A DNA stretch of 64,000 nt, taken from NCBI GenBank assembly GCA_964291675.2, contig OZ219865.1, forward strand, positions 672,001 to 736,000. The letters run 5' to 3'. Position 1 is the stretch's first letter. Each line of letters opens with the position of its first letter. This stretch comes from Alphaproteobacteria bacterium (GTDB lineage Bacteria > Pseudomonadota > Alphaproteobacteria > MPNO01). This document shows positions 47,327 through 57,144 of the stretch, piece by piece. The notes beneath the pieces were generated by a model. The model saw only the letters and a program-made list of their open reading frames with translations. It did no database searches and was not told the DNA's origin. The position numbers and the translations under genes are program-made.

Positions 47327-49339
47327 CTACAGCTCGGGCACCGAGCGGGCCGGCGCGATGTCGATCCGGTCGCCCGGAGAGGCGCGGACGATGGCAAGGC
47401 TGGATGCGCCGGCGAGCACGGCCTGGCCCTCGCCGGCGATCCGCGCCCAGGCCCTGAGCGGCGCGCCGCGGCCGGTCGAGACCTCGACCAGGGCGCCGTC
47501 GGCGATGCCGGCCTGCTCGGCGATCCCGGCGGGCACGATGACGCGGCGCCTGGTGCCGTCGAACATCTCCTCGTTCGCCGCCTCGATCCGCGGCCTCGGC
47601 CGCGCCGCCGCCAGCGCCTCCCGCTTCGCGCGCGTCGCTTGCGGATCGACCGAGAGATCGGGGCCGAGCGCCACGCCGTAGCGGCGTTCGGCCTGGCCGG
47701 GGGTCAGGTAGTCCCCGACCACGTCCTCGCGCACCCGCTCCGGGTCGCGCGACAGCGGATCGCCGTGACCGCCGCCGCCGGCGGTCTCCTCGCGCACCAC
47801 GTCGCCCGCCTCCAACCGGAAGCCCGACACCTTGCCCGGCATGTCGGAGGGCTCGACCGTCTCGCCGCCGCGGATGACGAAGAACCGGTTGGACGCCCCC
47901 GCCCTGCCGCCCTCGACGCCGTAGGGCGGGATGACATTCTTCTCCGACAGCACCGACAGCATCGCGCTCTCGCCGAGGATGCGGATGTCGCGGCGCAGCC
48001 CGAACCCGCCGCGAAACGCGCCGTCGCCGCAGCAGCCCCGGCGCAGCTCGCAGCGCTCGACGCGCAGCGGGAACGCGCCCTCGACGGTCTCCACCGACTG
48101 GATCGAGTTGAAGTCGCCCTCGTTGTAGCTGCGGCACGCGTTGTTGCCGTCGACGCCGAGGGAAGCCCCGGTGCCGCCCGCCGGCCACTCGTAGTGGATA
48201 TAGGTGCCCTCGCCGCCGGGTGCCGGACCGGCGATGTGGATGTGGTTGGCCCCGCCCTTCAGGTCGCCCACGCTCATCTCCGGCACCACCTGGCTCATCG
48301 CCGAGGCAACCACGGCATCGATCAGGAACTTGACCTCCGCCATGCCGCCGCAGGGCGCGGTCTCGCGCGCGTTCACGATGCTGCGCTCGGGGGCGATCAC
48401 GGTAATCGGGTTGAACGAGCCGTGGTTGATCGGCGTCTTCGGATCGAGGAAGGCCTTGACGATGGTGCCGGCCCCGTTGAGCGCCATCGCCGGCCCGCAA
48501 TTGGTGGGCCCGTTGGTCTGCGCCGAGGTGCCGGTAAAATCGGCAGTGATCTCCTCGCCGTCCACGGTGAGCTTGAGGCGGACGACCAGCGGCTCGGGGT
48601 TGGTGCCGTCGCTCTCGATATAGCCCTCGGCGAAATAGACGCCGTCCGGGCATTCGGCGATCCGGGCGCGCAGCAGGCCCTCCGAGCGCCGCATCAACTC
48701 CTCGATCCCGTCGAGCAGCCCCTGCCCGCCGAAGCGCACGAACAGCCGTCCGATATGCTCGGCCGCCTTGCGGCCCGTCCCCAGCATCGCGTTGAAGTCG
48801 CCGAGGCGTTCGTTGCGCCCCCGCATGTTGTTGAACAGGAGCTCGAGAAAGGCGTCGTTCATCGCGCCCCTGGAGCAGATCCGGGTCGGCGCGATCCGCA
48901 TCCCCTCCTGGTAGACCTCGTTCACCCGTCCCGACAGGCTGCCCGGCGTCATGCCGCCGACATCGTTCCAGTGGCAGCGGATGGCGGCGAACATGGCCAG
49001 CCGGCCGGCGAAGAACACCGGGTGCAGCAGCAGCACGTCGTTGAGATGGGTACCGCCGGTATAGGGGTCGTTGTGCAGGAACAGATCGCCCTCGTGGATG
49101 TCGCCGGCGAAGGCCTCGACCACGCGCTGCGTCGAATAGGGCACGGCGAAGATGTGCAGCGGATGGTCGGCCAGCCCCTGGGCGATCTGCCGCCCGTCGG
49201 CCGACATCAGCGCGCAGGAGAAATCGTGCCCCTCGTAGATGATCGGCGCGTAGGACGAGTGGATGATGTTGGCGCGCATCTCGTTGACCACGGCGATCAG
49301 CGATTCGCGGATCAATTCGAGGCGAACGATCGGGTTCAT
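47327..49339 (-). CDS. Hydantoinase B / 5-oxoprolinase subunit with C-terminal extension
   Basis: DFSCAL, NDPYTGGTHLND, HWNDVGG, GDGAFRGG, AGGGGHGDP. Confidence 0.94.
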   Translation of the reverse strand: MNPIVRLELIRESLIAVVNEMRANIIHSSYAPIIYEGHDFSCALMSADGRQIAQGLADHPLHIFAVPYSTQRVVEAFAGDIHEGDLFLHNDPYTGGTHLNDVLLLHPVFFAGRLAMFAAIRCHWNDVGGMTPGSLSGRVNEVYQEGMRIAPTRICSRGAMNDAFLELLFNNMRGRNERLGDFNAMLGTGRKAAEHIGRLFVRFGGQGLLDGIEELMRRSEGLLRARIAECPDGVYFAEGYIESDGTNPEPLVVRLKLTVDGEEITADFTGTSAQTNGPTNCGPAMALNGAGTIVKAFLDPKTPINHGSFNPITVIAPERSIVNARETAPCGGMAEVKFLIDAVVASAMSQVVPEMSVGDLKGGANHIHIAGPAPGGEGTYIHYEWPAGGTGASLGVDGNNACRSYNEGDFNSIQSVETVEGAFPLRVERCELRRGCCGDGAFRGGFGLRRDIRILGESAMLSVLSEKNVIPPYGVEGGRAGASNRFFVIRGGETVEPSDMPGKVSGFRLEAGDVVREETAGGGGHGDPLSRDPERVREDVVGDYLTPGQAERRYGVALGPDLSVDPQATRAKREALAAARPRPRIEAANEEMFDGTRRRVIVPAGIAEQAGIADGALVEVSTGRGAPLRAWARIAGEGQAVLAGASSLAIVRASPGDRIDIAPARSVPEL

Positions 49340-49439
49340 CGGCGGCGACCTTCGTGGCGGGCGCCGGACCCTATAGCGTATCCGCCCGGGATGGAACCGT
49401 GGCGGCGCGGCGGGGCGTCGATGCGGTCCGGGGTGCGCG

Positions 49440-49841
49440 TCAACCGAATCCCGGCAATCCTTCCGCCGCAGCGGCATCGTTCAACCGGCGGTCGAGCGTG
49501 GCCAGCGGACAATATTCCTGGGTCGCGAGAGCGAGATAGCTCGCGTCGTAGGCGGTCAGGCGGTGACGACGCGCCAGGGCAAGAACGTGATCGTCCTCGG
49601 CCTGGCGTGGAACGTGGATGGGAAGCCGCCGGATGCGCGCCATGGACGTATCGGCATGGCGCCGGTCGATGCGTCCACGGCGCTCGGCGGAAATCAGGAT
49701 GTTGCGCAGCTCGTGCCAGAAGAGGTCCGGAACGCTGGCGGTCTCCTCGGCGAGCCGTTCGACGGCCGATTCCGCCAGCGCGGCCCGCTCGTCGGGCAGA
49801 AGCCAGGCGGCCGCGATGGAGGCGTCGATCACGTATGCCAT
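49440..49841 (-). CDS. vapC: VapC-family PIN toxin
   Basis: VIDASIAAAWLLPDE, ELRN, LTAYDASYL, LATLD. Confidence 0.92.
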   Translation of the reverse strand: MAYVIDASIAAAWLLPDERAALAESAVERLAEETASVPDLFWHELRNILISAERRGRIDRRHADTSMARIRRLPIHVPRQAEDDHVLALARRHRLTAYDASYLALATQEYCPLATLDRRLNDAAAAEGLPGFG

Positions 49842-50083
49842 CAGCGCGCGTGTCCTTCGTGGCGCCAGGAAAGGATTTCGGCCGTGGTCACTGGCTGCTG
49901 CTTGGCCCTTTCGCGCCGGAGAGTTTCGACAAGGGCGGCGTGGTCGGAAGCGGAGACGATCCGCGTGACGCGTGCGATCGGCGTGGAACCGCGGCAGATG
50001 ACGAGGTCTTCGCCGGCTTCGACCTGGGCGAGTAGCGCGGACAGGTGCGTCTTGGCTTCTCCGATCTTTACGTGGCGTGCCAT
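49841..50083 (-). CDS. Phd/YefM-family antitoxin
   Basis: VKIGEAKTHLSALLAQVEAGE..VICRG..PIAR. Confidence 0.9.
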   Translation of the reverse strand: MARHVKIGEAKTHLSALLAQVEAGEDLVICRGSTPIARVTRIVSASDHAALVETLRRERAKQQPVTTAEILSWRHEGHAR

Positions 50084-50132
50084 GTTTGCGGTGTTCCCTG
50101 CGCCGTTCCGACTTCGAGCCTCGACGCTATCG

Positions 50133-50154
50133 TTGGTCAAGTGCTTGGTCAAGT
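50133..50154. promoter_or_regulatory. Candidate TA operator: TTGGTCAAGT direct repeat
   Basis: Exact 10-mer at 50133 and 50145 upstream of the antitoxin. Confidence 0.55.
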
Positions 50155-50216
50155 CAATGACGGCGTCGGCGCCACCGCCTCTTGGCTTGCCCTGGCGCCG
50201 CGGCTAGGTTCCGCCG

Positions 50217-51866
50217 ATGATCGAACCCTCGGCGCATGTCGACCGCTTCCTCAACGACAACCTGCCGCCGCGCGCGCTGTGGCCGGAGATGGACTATTCC
50301 GTCCTGCCGGAGCTCGCCGCCTACCCGGCGCGGTTCAACGCCGCCGTCGAGCTGCTCGACCGGCAGGCGGCGGGCGGCTTCGCCGACAAGCCCATGTTCC
50401 GCTTCGGCGAGCGGGCCTGGAGCTATGGCGAGGTGCTGGAGCGGGCCAACCGCATCGCCAATTTTCTGGTCGAGGATTGCGGGCTGGTCCCCGGCAACCG
50501 GGTGCTGCTGCGCTCGGGCAACCACCCGATGCTGGCGGCCTGCTGGTACGCGGTGCTCAAGGCGGGCGGGGTCGCGGTCACCACGATGCCGACGCTGCGC
50601 GCCCGGGAGATCGAGTACATCGCAGGCAAGGCGCGGATTCAACTGGCGATTTCCCATCGGTCGCTTGCCGCCGATATCGCGGCGGCGGCGCCCGCCTGCG
50701 CCGATCTGAGGCGGGTTCTCCATTTCGGGGATGACGCGGCTGACGGTCTCGAAGCCCTCGCCGGGGCCAAGCCCGCGACCTTCGCCAATGTCGACACCGC
50801 GGCCGAGGACGTGGCCATCATCGGCTTCACCTCGGGCTCGACCGGAACGCCCAAGGGGACGATCCACTTCCACCGCGACCTGCTTGCCGCCGCCGACTGC
50901 TTCGCCGGGCGCATCGTCGACATCCGCCCGGGCGACATCGTCTGCGGCTCGCCGCAGATCGCCTTCTTGTACGGGCTCTGCGCCTTCCTGGTCGACGCGC
51001 CGCGCTTCGGCGCCGAGACCGTGCTGCTGGAGCGGGCGACGCCGACGCTGCTGCTGGAGACCATCGAGAAGACCCGCGCGACGGTCTGCTTCTCGACGCC
51101 CTCCGGCTACAAGCTGATGCTGGAGGACGCCGCGAGCTACGACCTCTCCAGCCTGCGGGTCTGCGTCGGCGGGGGCGAGCCGCTGGCGCCCGCGGTGTTC
51201 GAGCGCTGGAAGGACATCACCGGGGTCTCGATGATCAACGGGCTCGGGATCTCCGAACTCCTGCACATCTTCATCTCGGCCGCCGGGGACGACATCCGCC
51301 CGGGCGCCATCGGCAGGTCCATACCGGGCTTCCGGGTGCGGGTGGTGAACGACGAGTTCGAGGACGCCGCGCCGGGCGAGATCGGCCAGATGATCGTCAA
51401 GGGCCCCAACGGCTGCCGTTATCTCGACGACGCGGAACGCCAGGCCAAATACGTGCGCGACGGCTGGAACCTGTCGGGCGATCTCTGCCGCGTCGACGGG
51501 GACGGCTATGTCTATTACGAGGCGCGCAGCGACGACATGATTCTGACCAGCGGGTACAACGTCTCGGGGCTGGAGGTCGAGGCGGTGCTGCTCGAACACC
51601 CGAGCGTGCGCGAATGCGCCGTCGTCGGCTCGCCGGACCCGGACCGGGGCGCGATCGTCAAGGCCTTCGTCGCGCTGTCGGACGGGGCGGCGGGCGACTC
51701 GACGCTCGCCGGGGAGCTGCAGGACTACGTGAAATCGCAGATCTCCGCCTTCAAGTACCCGCGCGCGATCGAGTTCGTCGACGCCTTGCCGCTGACCCCG
51801 ACGGGCAAGATCCAGCGCGGCGCGCTGCGCGCCCTCGAACGCGAGCGCGCCGGGACCGGCGGGTGA
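50217..51866 (+). CDS. Aryl-CoA ligase (2-aminobenzoate/benzoate-CoA ligase-like)
   Basis: FTSGSTGTPKGTIHFHRD, GWNLSGD, RSDDMI, FKYPR, TGKIQR. Confidence 0.9.
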   Translation: MIEPSAHVDRFLNDNLPPRALWPEMDYSVLPELAAYPARFNAAVELLDRQAAGGFADKPMFRFGERAWSYGEVLERANRIANFLVEDCGLVPGNRVLLRSGNHPMLAACWYAVLKAGGVAVTTMPTLRAREIEYIAGKARIQLAISHRSLAADIAAAAPACADLRRVLHFGDDAADGLEALAGAKPATFANVDTAAEDVAIIGFTSGSTGTPKGTIHFHRDLLAAADCFAGRIVDIRPGDIVCGSPQIAFLYGLCAFLVDAPRFGAETVLLERATPTLLLETIEKTRATVCFSTPSGYKLMLEDAASYDLSSLRVCVGGGEPLAPAVFERWKDITGVSMINGLGISELLHIFISAAGDDIRPGAIGRSIPGFRVRVVNDEFEDAAPGEIGQMIVKGPNGCRYLDDAERQAKYVRDGWNLSGDLCRVDGDGYVYYEARSDDMILTSGYNVSGLEVEAVLLEHPSVRECAVVGSPDPDRGAIVKAFVALSDGAAGDSTLAGELQDYVKSQISAFKYPRAIEFVDALPLTPTGKIQRGALRALERERAGTGG

Positions 51867-51899
51867 TGACATCCGGCGCGGCCTGCACTAGGCTCGGCC

Positions 51900-52046
51900 A
51901 TGTCGCCCGAGCCGATCGCCATCCTCGCCGTCGGGGTCGCCCTGGCCGGGATGATGGCCACCCTGCCCGGGCGGCTGGAGCGACGGCTCGAAGGGTTGCT
52001 CGACGGTCTCCGCGAAGCGGTTGCGGGCCGGCAGACGGCGCAATAA
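51900..52046 (+). CDS. 48-aa small protein, N-terminal TM plus short amphipathic helix
   Basis: Manual translation MSPEPIAILAVGVALAGMMATLPGRLERRLEGLLDGLREAVAGRQTAQ; fills the intergenic gap; high-GC3 codons. Confidence 0.55.
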   Translation: MSPEPIAILAVGVALAGMMATLPGRLERRLEGLLDGLREAVAGRQTAQ

Positions 52047-52136
52047 AACCGGCCCGGGATCGCTCTTGTAGACATGGATGAAGAAGCCGGGGTCCGCGGC
52101 AGGGCCTGCGCCGCCCCGGACGGCGAGGAGAAAAAC

Positions 52137-52718
52137 ATGCGCGCCGATATCTTGGACTTCCTGATGACCCGCCGCTCGGTGACGGCACGCAATCTGGGCG
52201 ACCCGGGGCCGGGCGACGACGAGCTCGACATGATCCTCAAGACGGGCATGCGGGTGCCGGACCACGGCAAGCTGGGTCCGTGGCGGTTCACCGTCATCAG
52301 GGGCGCCGCCCGGGCCGCCTTCGGCGACGTTCTCGCCGACGCGTTCAGGAAGGAGAACCCGGATGCGTTCGACGAGCTGGTCGAGGTCGAGCGCGAACGC
52401 TTCCAGCGCGCCCCCGTCATCGTCGCCGTGACGTCTCGCATCACGCCCGAGCACAAGATCCCGGAATGGGAGCAGACGCTGTCCTCGGGCGCGGTCTGCA
52501 TGAACATGCTGAACGCGGCGCACGCCATCGGCTATTCCGCGCAGTGGCTGACCGAGTGGCCGGCCTATAACGCCGACGTGGCGGCGGCGCTCGGCTGCGG
52601 CGAGAACGAGCGGGTGGCGGGTTTCGTCTATGTGGGCACCGCCAAGGAGCCGCCCGCCGAACGCACCCGGGCGGAGTACGAGACCGTCGTCCGCGAGTGG
52701 ACGCCGAACGCGCCGTGA
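52137..52718 (+). CDS. Nitroreductase (YdjA-like)
   Basis: TRRSV, RVPDHGKLGPWRF, IPEWEQ, QWLT. Confidence 0.93.
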   Translation: MRADILDFLMTRRSVTARNLGDPGPGDDELDMILKTGMRVPDHGKLGPWRFTVIRGAARAAFGDVLADAFRKENPDAFDELVEVERERFQRAPVIVAVTSRITPEHKIPEWEQTLSSGAVCMNMLNAAHAIGYSAQWLTEWPAYNADVAAALGCGENERVAGFVYVGTAKEPPAERTRAEYETVVREWTPNAP

Positions 52719-53194
52719 CGGCGAGCATCGCGCTGCGCCCCATCGGCTTCGTCCGCGGCGGGCGCAAGGAGCCCTTCAACGACGACTGGGGCGGCGTGCA
52801 GGCCGCCATCGAGCTCGACACCGACTGGCTCGGCGCCGATGCGATCCGCGGGCTCGACGGCTTCTCCCACGCCGTCGTCCTGTACCGCTTCCACGTCACC
52901 GATCCCGCGACCATCGTCACCGGCGCGCGCCACCCGCGCAACGACCCGGCGTTGCCGCTGACCGGGATCTTCGCCCAGCGCGGCCATTACCGGCCCAATT
53001 TGATCGGCTCCACGGTGTGCCGCGTGCGCGGCGTGGCGGGGACGACGGTCCACGTCCAGGGGCTCGATGCGGTCGACGGCACGCCGGTGATCGACATCAA
53101 GCCCTATATGACCGCCTTCGCCCCGCGCGGCGAGGTGCGCGAGCCGGGCTGGGTCGAAGAGGTGATGAAGAGCTACTGGAAGAAAATTTCCTAA
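52715..53194 (+). CDS. TsaA/TrmO-like SAM-binding protein
   Basis: LRPIGFV, GLDGFSH, GIFAQR...RPNLIG, GLDAVDGTPVIDIKPY. Confidence 0.88.
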   Translation: MTASIALRPIGFVRGGRKEPFNDDWGGVQAAIELDTDWLGADAIRGLDGFSHAVVLYRFHVTDPATIVTGARHPRNDPALPLTGIFAQRGHYRPNLIGSTVCRVRGVAGTTVHVQGLDAVDGTPVIDIKPYMTAFAPRGEVREPGWVEEVMKSYWKKIS

Positions 53195-53198
53195 AACC

Positions 53199-53891
53199 AT
53201 GTCTTTTCAGGATTATCGAGCGGACGCCAAACGGGTTTACGCGACGCTCGCCGATGGCGGTATCGGGATCGTTCCGACCGACGTGGGCTACGTCATCCTC
53301 GCCATTTCGAGCGCCGCGATCTGGCGCATCTTCGAGGTCAAGCGGCGCAAGCCCGACAAGCTCAACGCCATGTGCGGCTGCCTGGAGATGCACCGGGACC
53401 TGCATGTGCTCGACGACGACCGCCGCGCCGTCGTCTCGGCCATCGTCGGCGATGCGGACCTGCCGATGGGAACGGTCGCGCCGGGCCGGCTCGACCACCC
53501 GGCGCTCGCCTCGCTGGAGACCGACGTGCTCGACCAGACCACCGACGAGGGCACCATCGCGATGCTGCTCAACGCCGGGCCGCTGCTCGACGAGCTGGCG
53601 CGGATCGCGTTTGCCGACGGCCGCCTGGTGATCGGCTCGTCGGCCAACATCTCGCTCCGGGGCGTGAAATTCCGCGCCGAAGACATCGAGCCCGAGATCC
53701 GCGCGGCCGCCGATATCGCGATCGATTACGGGCTCGCGCGCTGGAACCGCTACGGCAGGTCGTCCACGATGATCGATGTCGGGCGCATGCGGGTGGTGCG
53801 CTACGGCTCCTGCTTCGATTTGATCGACGACCTGTTGCGACGCCGCTTCGGCATCGCCCTGCCACCCGACCCCGAGCGTCCGCTAGAGTAG
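53199..53891 (+). CDS. YrdC/Sua5-like domain protein (divergent)
   Basis: IVPTDVGY, IFEVKRR, GSSANISL, SSTMID. Confidence 0.8.
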   Translation: MSFQDYRADAKRVYATLADGGIGIVPTDVGYVILAISSAAIWRIFEVKRRKPDKLNAMCGCLEMHRDLHVLDDDRRAVVSAIVGDADLPMGTVAPGRLDHPALASLETDVLDQTTDEGTIAMLLNAGPLLDELARIAFADGRLVIGSSANISLRGVKFRAEDIEPEIRAAADIAIDYGLARWNRYGRSSTMIDVGRMRVVRYGSCFDLIDDLLRRRFGIALPPDPERPLE

Positions 53892-53917
53892 CGTCTTCAC
53901 GACCAGGGAGGACGCCG

Positions 53918-54322
53918 ATGGAACGCGAGCACATCAACCCCGACGGGATCTACAGGCATCCCGCCTTCACCCGCGTGGTCACCGTCACCGGGCCGATGAA
54001 GCTGGTCTTCATCGCCGGCCAGACGCCGTCGGACGAGAACTACCGCCCGGTGGCGCCGGGCGATTACCGGGCGCAGTACATCCAGGTGAACGAGAACCTT
54101 GAGGTCCAGCTCAAGGCCGCCGGCGCCGGCTGGGAGGACGTGGTGTACCGCCGGATCTTCGTCCTCGACGTGGACGAGTATCTCAGGATCCAGACCGACC
54201 CCACGACCCCGGTATTCGGCGATCCCGAGAAGCCGGCCCCCTCGACCCTGGTGGGCGTCACCCGCCTGTCCAACCCGCAATTCCTGATCGAGATCGACCT
54301 TCTGGCGGTGGTCCCGGGCTGA
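53918..54322 (+). CDS. RidA family protein
   Basis: VFIAGQ, PSTLVGVTRL..PQFLIEID. Confidence 0.88.
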   Translation: MEREHINPDGIYRHPAFTRVVTVTGPMKLVFIAGQTPSDENYRPVAPGDYRAQYIQVNENLEVQLKAAGAGWEDVVYRRIFVLDVDEYLRIQTDPTTPVFGDPEKPAPSTLVGVTRLSNPQFLIEIDLLAVVPG

Positions 54323-54324
54323 GC

Positions 54325-55371
54325 ATGCAGGAGCGTCCGGTCCATCTCGTCGGCAGCATCCCGCTGGAAGACGCCAGCGCGGTGTTTCGCGAGGCGGGAC
54401 GGCGCCTCGGCGCCCGCCTCGCGCGCATACCCGATGGCGAGACCGGGGTCCGCAGCAACTGGATATCGTGGCAGCACCGCCTGTTCGCCGGGCAGGCGGC
54501 GCTAGTCGTATCGGAGGCGAAGGAGCGCGCGTACCAGCTCGGACCGCCGTTTCGCCTCGCGCCGGGCCGCGGAGCGGACGCGCTCGACTTCGGCGAGCTC
54601 GGCTATGCGCGCGCGGCCGCCGCCTCGTGGCGGGATTTCGCGGCGGCCCGGGCGGAGGGCGCGGTGCCGGAAAGCTGCCGCTTCCAGGTCTGCCTGCCCA
54701 CCCCCTTCGCGCCGGTCTATTCCTTCGTCGCCTATCGCGACCAGGGCGCGGTGATTCCGCTCTACGAGGCCCGCATGCTGGCCGAGCTCGCGGAAATCTG
54801 CCGGACGGTGCCGGCTTCCCGGCTCGCCGTGCAGTGGGACGTGGCCACCGAGATGAGCATCTTCGAGGGTCTCTTCCCCGTCCCCTTTCTCGGCGAGGTG
54901 CCGGAGGGGGCGCTGATCGAGCGCATCGCGCGTCTCGGCGACGCGGTGCCGGCGGAGGTCGAGCTCGGCTTCCACCTGTGCTACGGCGACATGAACCACC
55001 GGCACTGGAAGGAGCCGGAGGATACGGGAGTCCTCGTCCGCATCGCCAACGCGATCGCCGCCTCGGTCACCCGCCCGATCGACTGGGTCCACATCCCGGT
55101 GCCGCGCGAGCGCGACGACGACGCCTATTTCGCGCCGCTCCGCGACCTCGCGCTCGACCCGGCGACCCGGCTCCATCTCGGGCTGGTCCACTTCACCGAC
55201 GGGGTCGCCGGCGCGAGACGGCGCATCGCCGCGGCCGAGCGCGCGGTCTCCGGGTTCGGGATCGGCACCGAATGCGGCTTCGGCCGGCGCGATCCGGCGA
55301 CCGTCCTCGGCCTGCTCGACCTGCACCGCGCCATCGCCGGCGGGTCCGGGGAAACAGGCTCGGAACGTTGA
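54325..55371 (+). CDS. Cobalamin-independent methionine synthase-like TIM-barrel protein
   Basis: HLVGSIP, PDGETG.R..W, QWD, FHLCYGD, HLGLVH, TECGFGR. Confidence 0.75.
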   Translation: MQERPVHLVGSIPLEDASAVFREAGRRLGARLARIPDGETGVRSNWISWQHRLFAGQAALVVSEAKERAYQLGPPFRLAPGRGADALDFGELGYARAAAASWRDFAAARAEGAVPESCRFQVCLPTPFAPVYSFVAYRDQGAVIPLYEARMLAELAEICRTVPASRLAVQWDVATEMSIFEGLFPVPFLGEVPEGALIERIARLGDAVPAEVELGFHLCYGDMNHRHWKEPEDTGVLVRIANAIAASVTRPIDWVHIPVPRERDDDAYFAPLRDLALDPATRLHLGLVHFTDGVAGARRRIAAAERAVSGFGIGTECGFGRRDPATVLGLLDLHRAIAGGSGETGSER

Positions 55372-55462
55372 CGGTTATCGCGCGATTACCTACCGTGCCG
55401 ACAAGGTCGACGGGGGCCGGAACCCCGACCCCATCGCCGCATTCCTGAGGGGAGAGAATTCG

Positions 55463-56467
55463 ATGCAGAAAGCGATCGTCAGCGTCGTCGCGGCCCTGGC
55501 CGCGGCCGGTCTTGCCGCCGAGGCGTCCGCCAAGTGCGACAAGGGCGAGATGGTCATCAAGTTCAGCCACGTCACCAACACCGACAAGCACCCCAAGGGG
55601 ATCGCGGCCACGCTTCTGGCCAAGCGGGTGAACGCCGAGATGAACGGCAAGGCCTGCATGCAGGTCTTCCCCAACTCCACCCTCTACGACGACAACAAGG
55701 TGCTGGAGGCGATGCTCCAGGGCGACGTCCAGCTCGCCGCGCCGTCGCTGTCGAAGTTCGAGAAGTTCACCAAGAAGTTCCGCATCTTCGACCTGCCCTT
55801 CATGTTCAAGGACATCGCGGCGGTGGACCGCTTCCAGAATTCCCAAGCCGGCCAGGCGCTGAAGGACTCGATGAAGCGCCGCGGCCTCCAGGGGCTGCAA
55901 TTCTGGCACAACGGCATGAAGCAGATGTCGGCGAACAGGCCGCTGCTGGTGCCGGCGGACGCGAACGGGCTCAAGTTCCGCGTCCAGCCCTCCGACGTGC
56001 TGGTCGCCCAGTTCAGGCAGCTCGGCTCCAACCCGCAGAAGATGGCCTTCAAGGAGGTCTACGGCGCGCTCCAGACCAAGGTGGTCGACGGCCAGGAGAA
56101 CACCTGGTCGAACATTTATGGCAAGAAGTTCTTCGAGGTGCAGGACGGCGTGACCGAGACCAATCACGGCATCATCGACTACCTCGTCGTCACCTCGACC
56201 GAATGGTGGGACGGGCTGCCCAAGGACGTCCGCGGCCCGTTCGCCAGGATCCTCATGGAGGTCACGGTGCAGCGCAACAAGGAAGCCTGGACCGTGAACC
56301 AGGAGAACAAGAAGAAGATCGTCGAGTCGGGCGGCAAGATCCGCACGCTCAACGCGCAACAGCGCGAGGCCTGGGTGAAGGCGCTCCAGCCGGTGTGGAA
56401 GAAGTTCGAGAAGGATATCGGCGCCGAGCTGATCGAGGCCGCCCAGGCGGCCAACGTCGGAAGCTGA
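55463..56467 (+). CDS. dctP: C4-dicarboxylate TRAP substrate-binding protein
   Basis: IKFSHV, APSLSKF, WHNGMKQ, VDGQENTWSNIY. Confidence 0.95.
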   Translation: MQKAIVSVVAALAAAGLAAEASAKCDKGEMVIKFSHVTNTDKHPKGIAATLLAKRVNAEMNGKACMQVFPNSTLYDDNKVLEAMLQGDVQLAAPSLSKFEKFTKKFRIFDLPFMFKDIAAVDRFQNSQAGQALKDSMKRRGLQGLQFWHNGMKQMSANRPLLVPADANGLKFRVQPSDVLVAQFRQLGSNPQKMAFKEVYGALQTKVVDGQENTWSNIYGKKFFEVQDGVTETNHGIIDYLVVTSTEWWDGLPKDVRGPFARILMEVTVQRNKEAWTVNQENKKKIVESGGKIRTLNAQQREAWVKALQPVWKKFEKDIGAELIEAAQAANVGS

Positions 56468-56486
56468 CCGGCGCGTTGCCCACGAA

Positions 56487-56513
56487 CCCCCGCCCGGCCG
56501 GCCCGGGCGGGGG
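56487..56513 (+). promoter_or_regulatory. Intercistronic hairpin after dctP
   Basis: Perfect 11-bp stem CCCCCGCCCGG / CCGGGCGGGGG, no U-tract. Confidence 0.6.
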
Positions 56514-56535
56514 CCGTTGACCCGGTAGCCGGGGC

Positions 56536-57141
56536 ATGCCGGAACCTCCGGGCTCCAGATTCGGGCAGGTCTTCGACCGGATCGAGGAGACCCTGATCGC
56601 GGTCTTCCTCGGCCTGATGACCGTGATCACCTTCGCCAACGTGGTCGCGCGCTACGTCTTCAACGACAACATCCTGTGGGCGCTGGAGGCGACGGTCTTC
56701 CTGTTCGCCTGGCTGGTGCTGCTGGGCGCGTCCTACGCCGTCAAGCACTCGCTCCATCTCGGCATCGACCTGCTGGTCAACGCGCTCGGCCCGGCGGCCC
56801 GGCGCGCGCTCGGCCTGGTCTCGGTCGCCGCCTGCCTCGGCTTCGCCGTGCTGCTGCTGATCGGGTCCTGGGAGTACTGGTACCCGTTCGCCACCAAGCG
56901 CGCCTTCCTCGAGGTCAACGACGTGCCGATGCCGGGCTTCCTCCAGTTCCTCGCCGAGTGGTTCAACGAGGGCGAGGCCTACGAGAAGATTCCCCGCTTC
57001 ATCCCCTACGCGGCGCTGCCGATCGGCATGGCGCTGCTGACCTGGCGCTTCGTCCAGGCGGGGATCGCCATCGCGCGCGGCACGCAGGCCACCGTGATCG
57101 CCTCGCACGAGGTCGCCGAGTCCGACCGCGCGGAGGGCTGA
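56536..57141 (+). CDS. dctQ: TRAP small permease
   Basis: IEETLIA, NVVARY, WALEAT; 4 TM. Confidence 0.93.
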   Translation: MPEPPGSRFGQVFDRIEETLIAVFLGLMTVITFANVVARYVFNDNILWALEATVFLFAWLVLLGASYAVKHSLHLGIDLLVNALGPAARRALGLVSVAACLGFAVLLLIGSWEYWYPFATKRAFLEVNDVPMPGFLQFLAEWFNEGEAYEKIPRFIPYAALPIGMALLTWRFVQAGIAIARGTQATVIASHEVAESDRAEG

Positions 57142-57144
57142 GGC

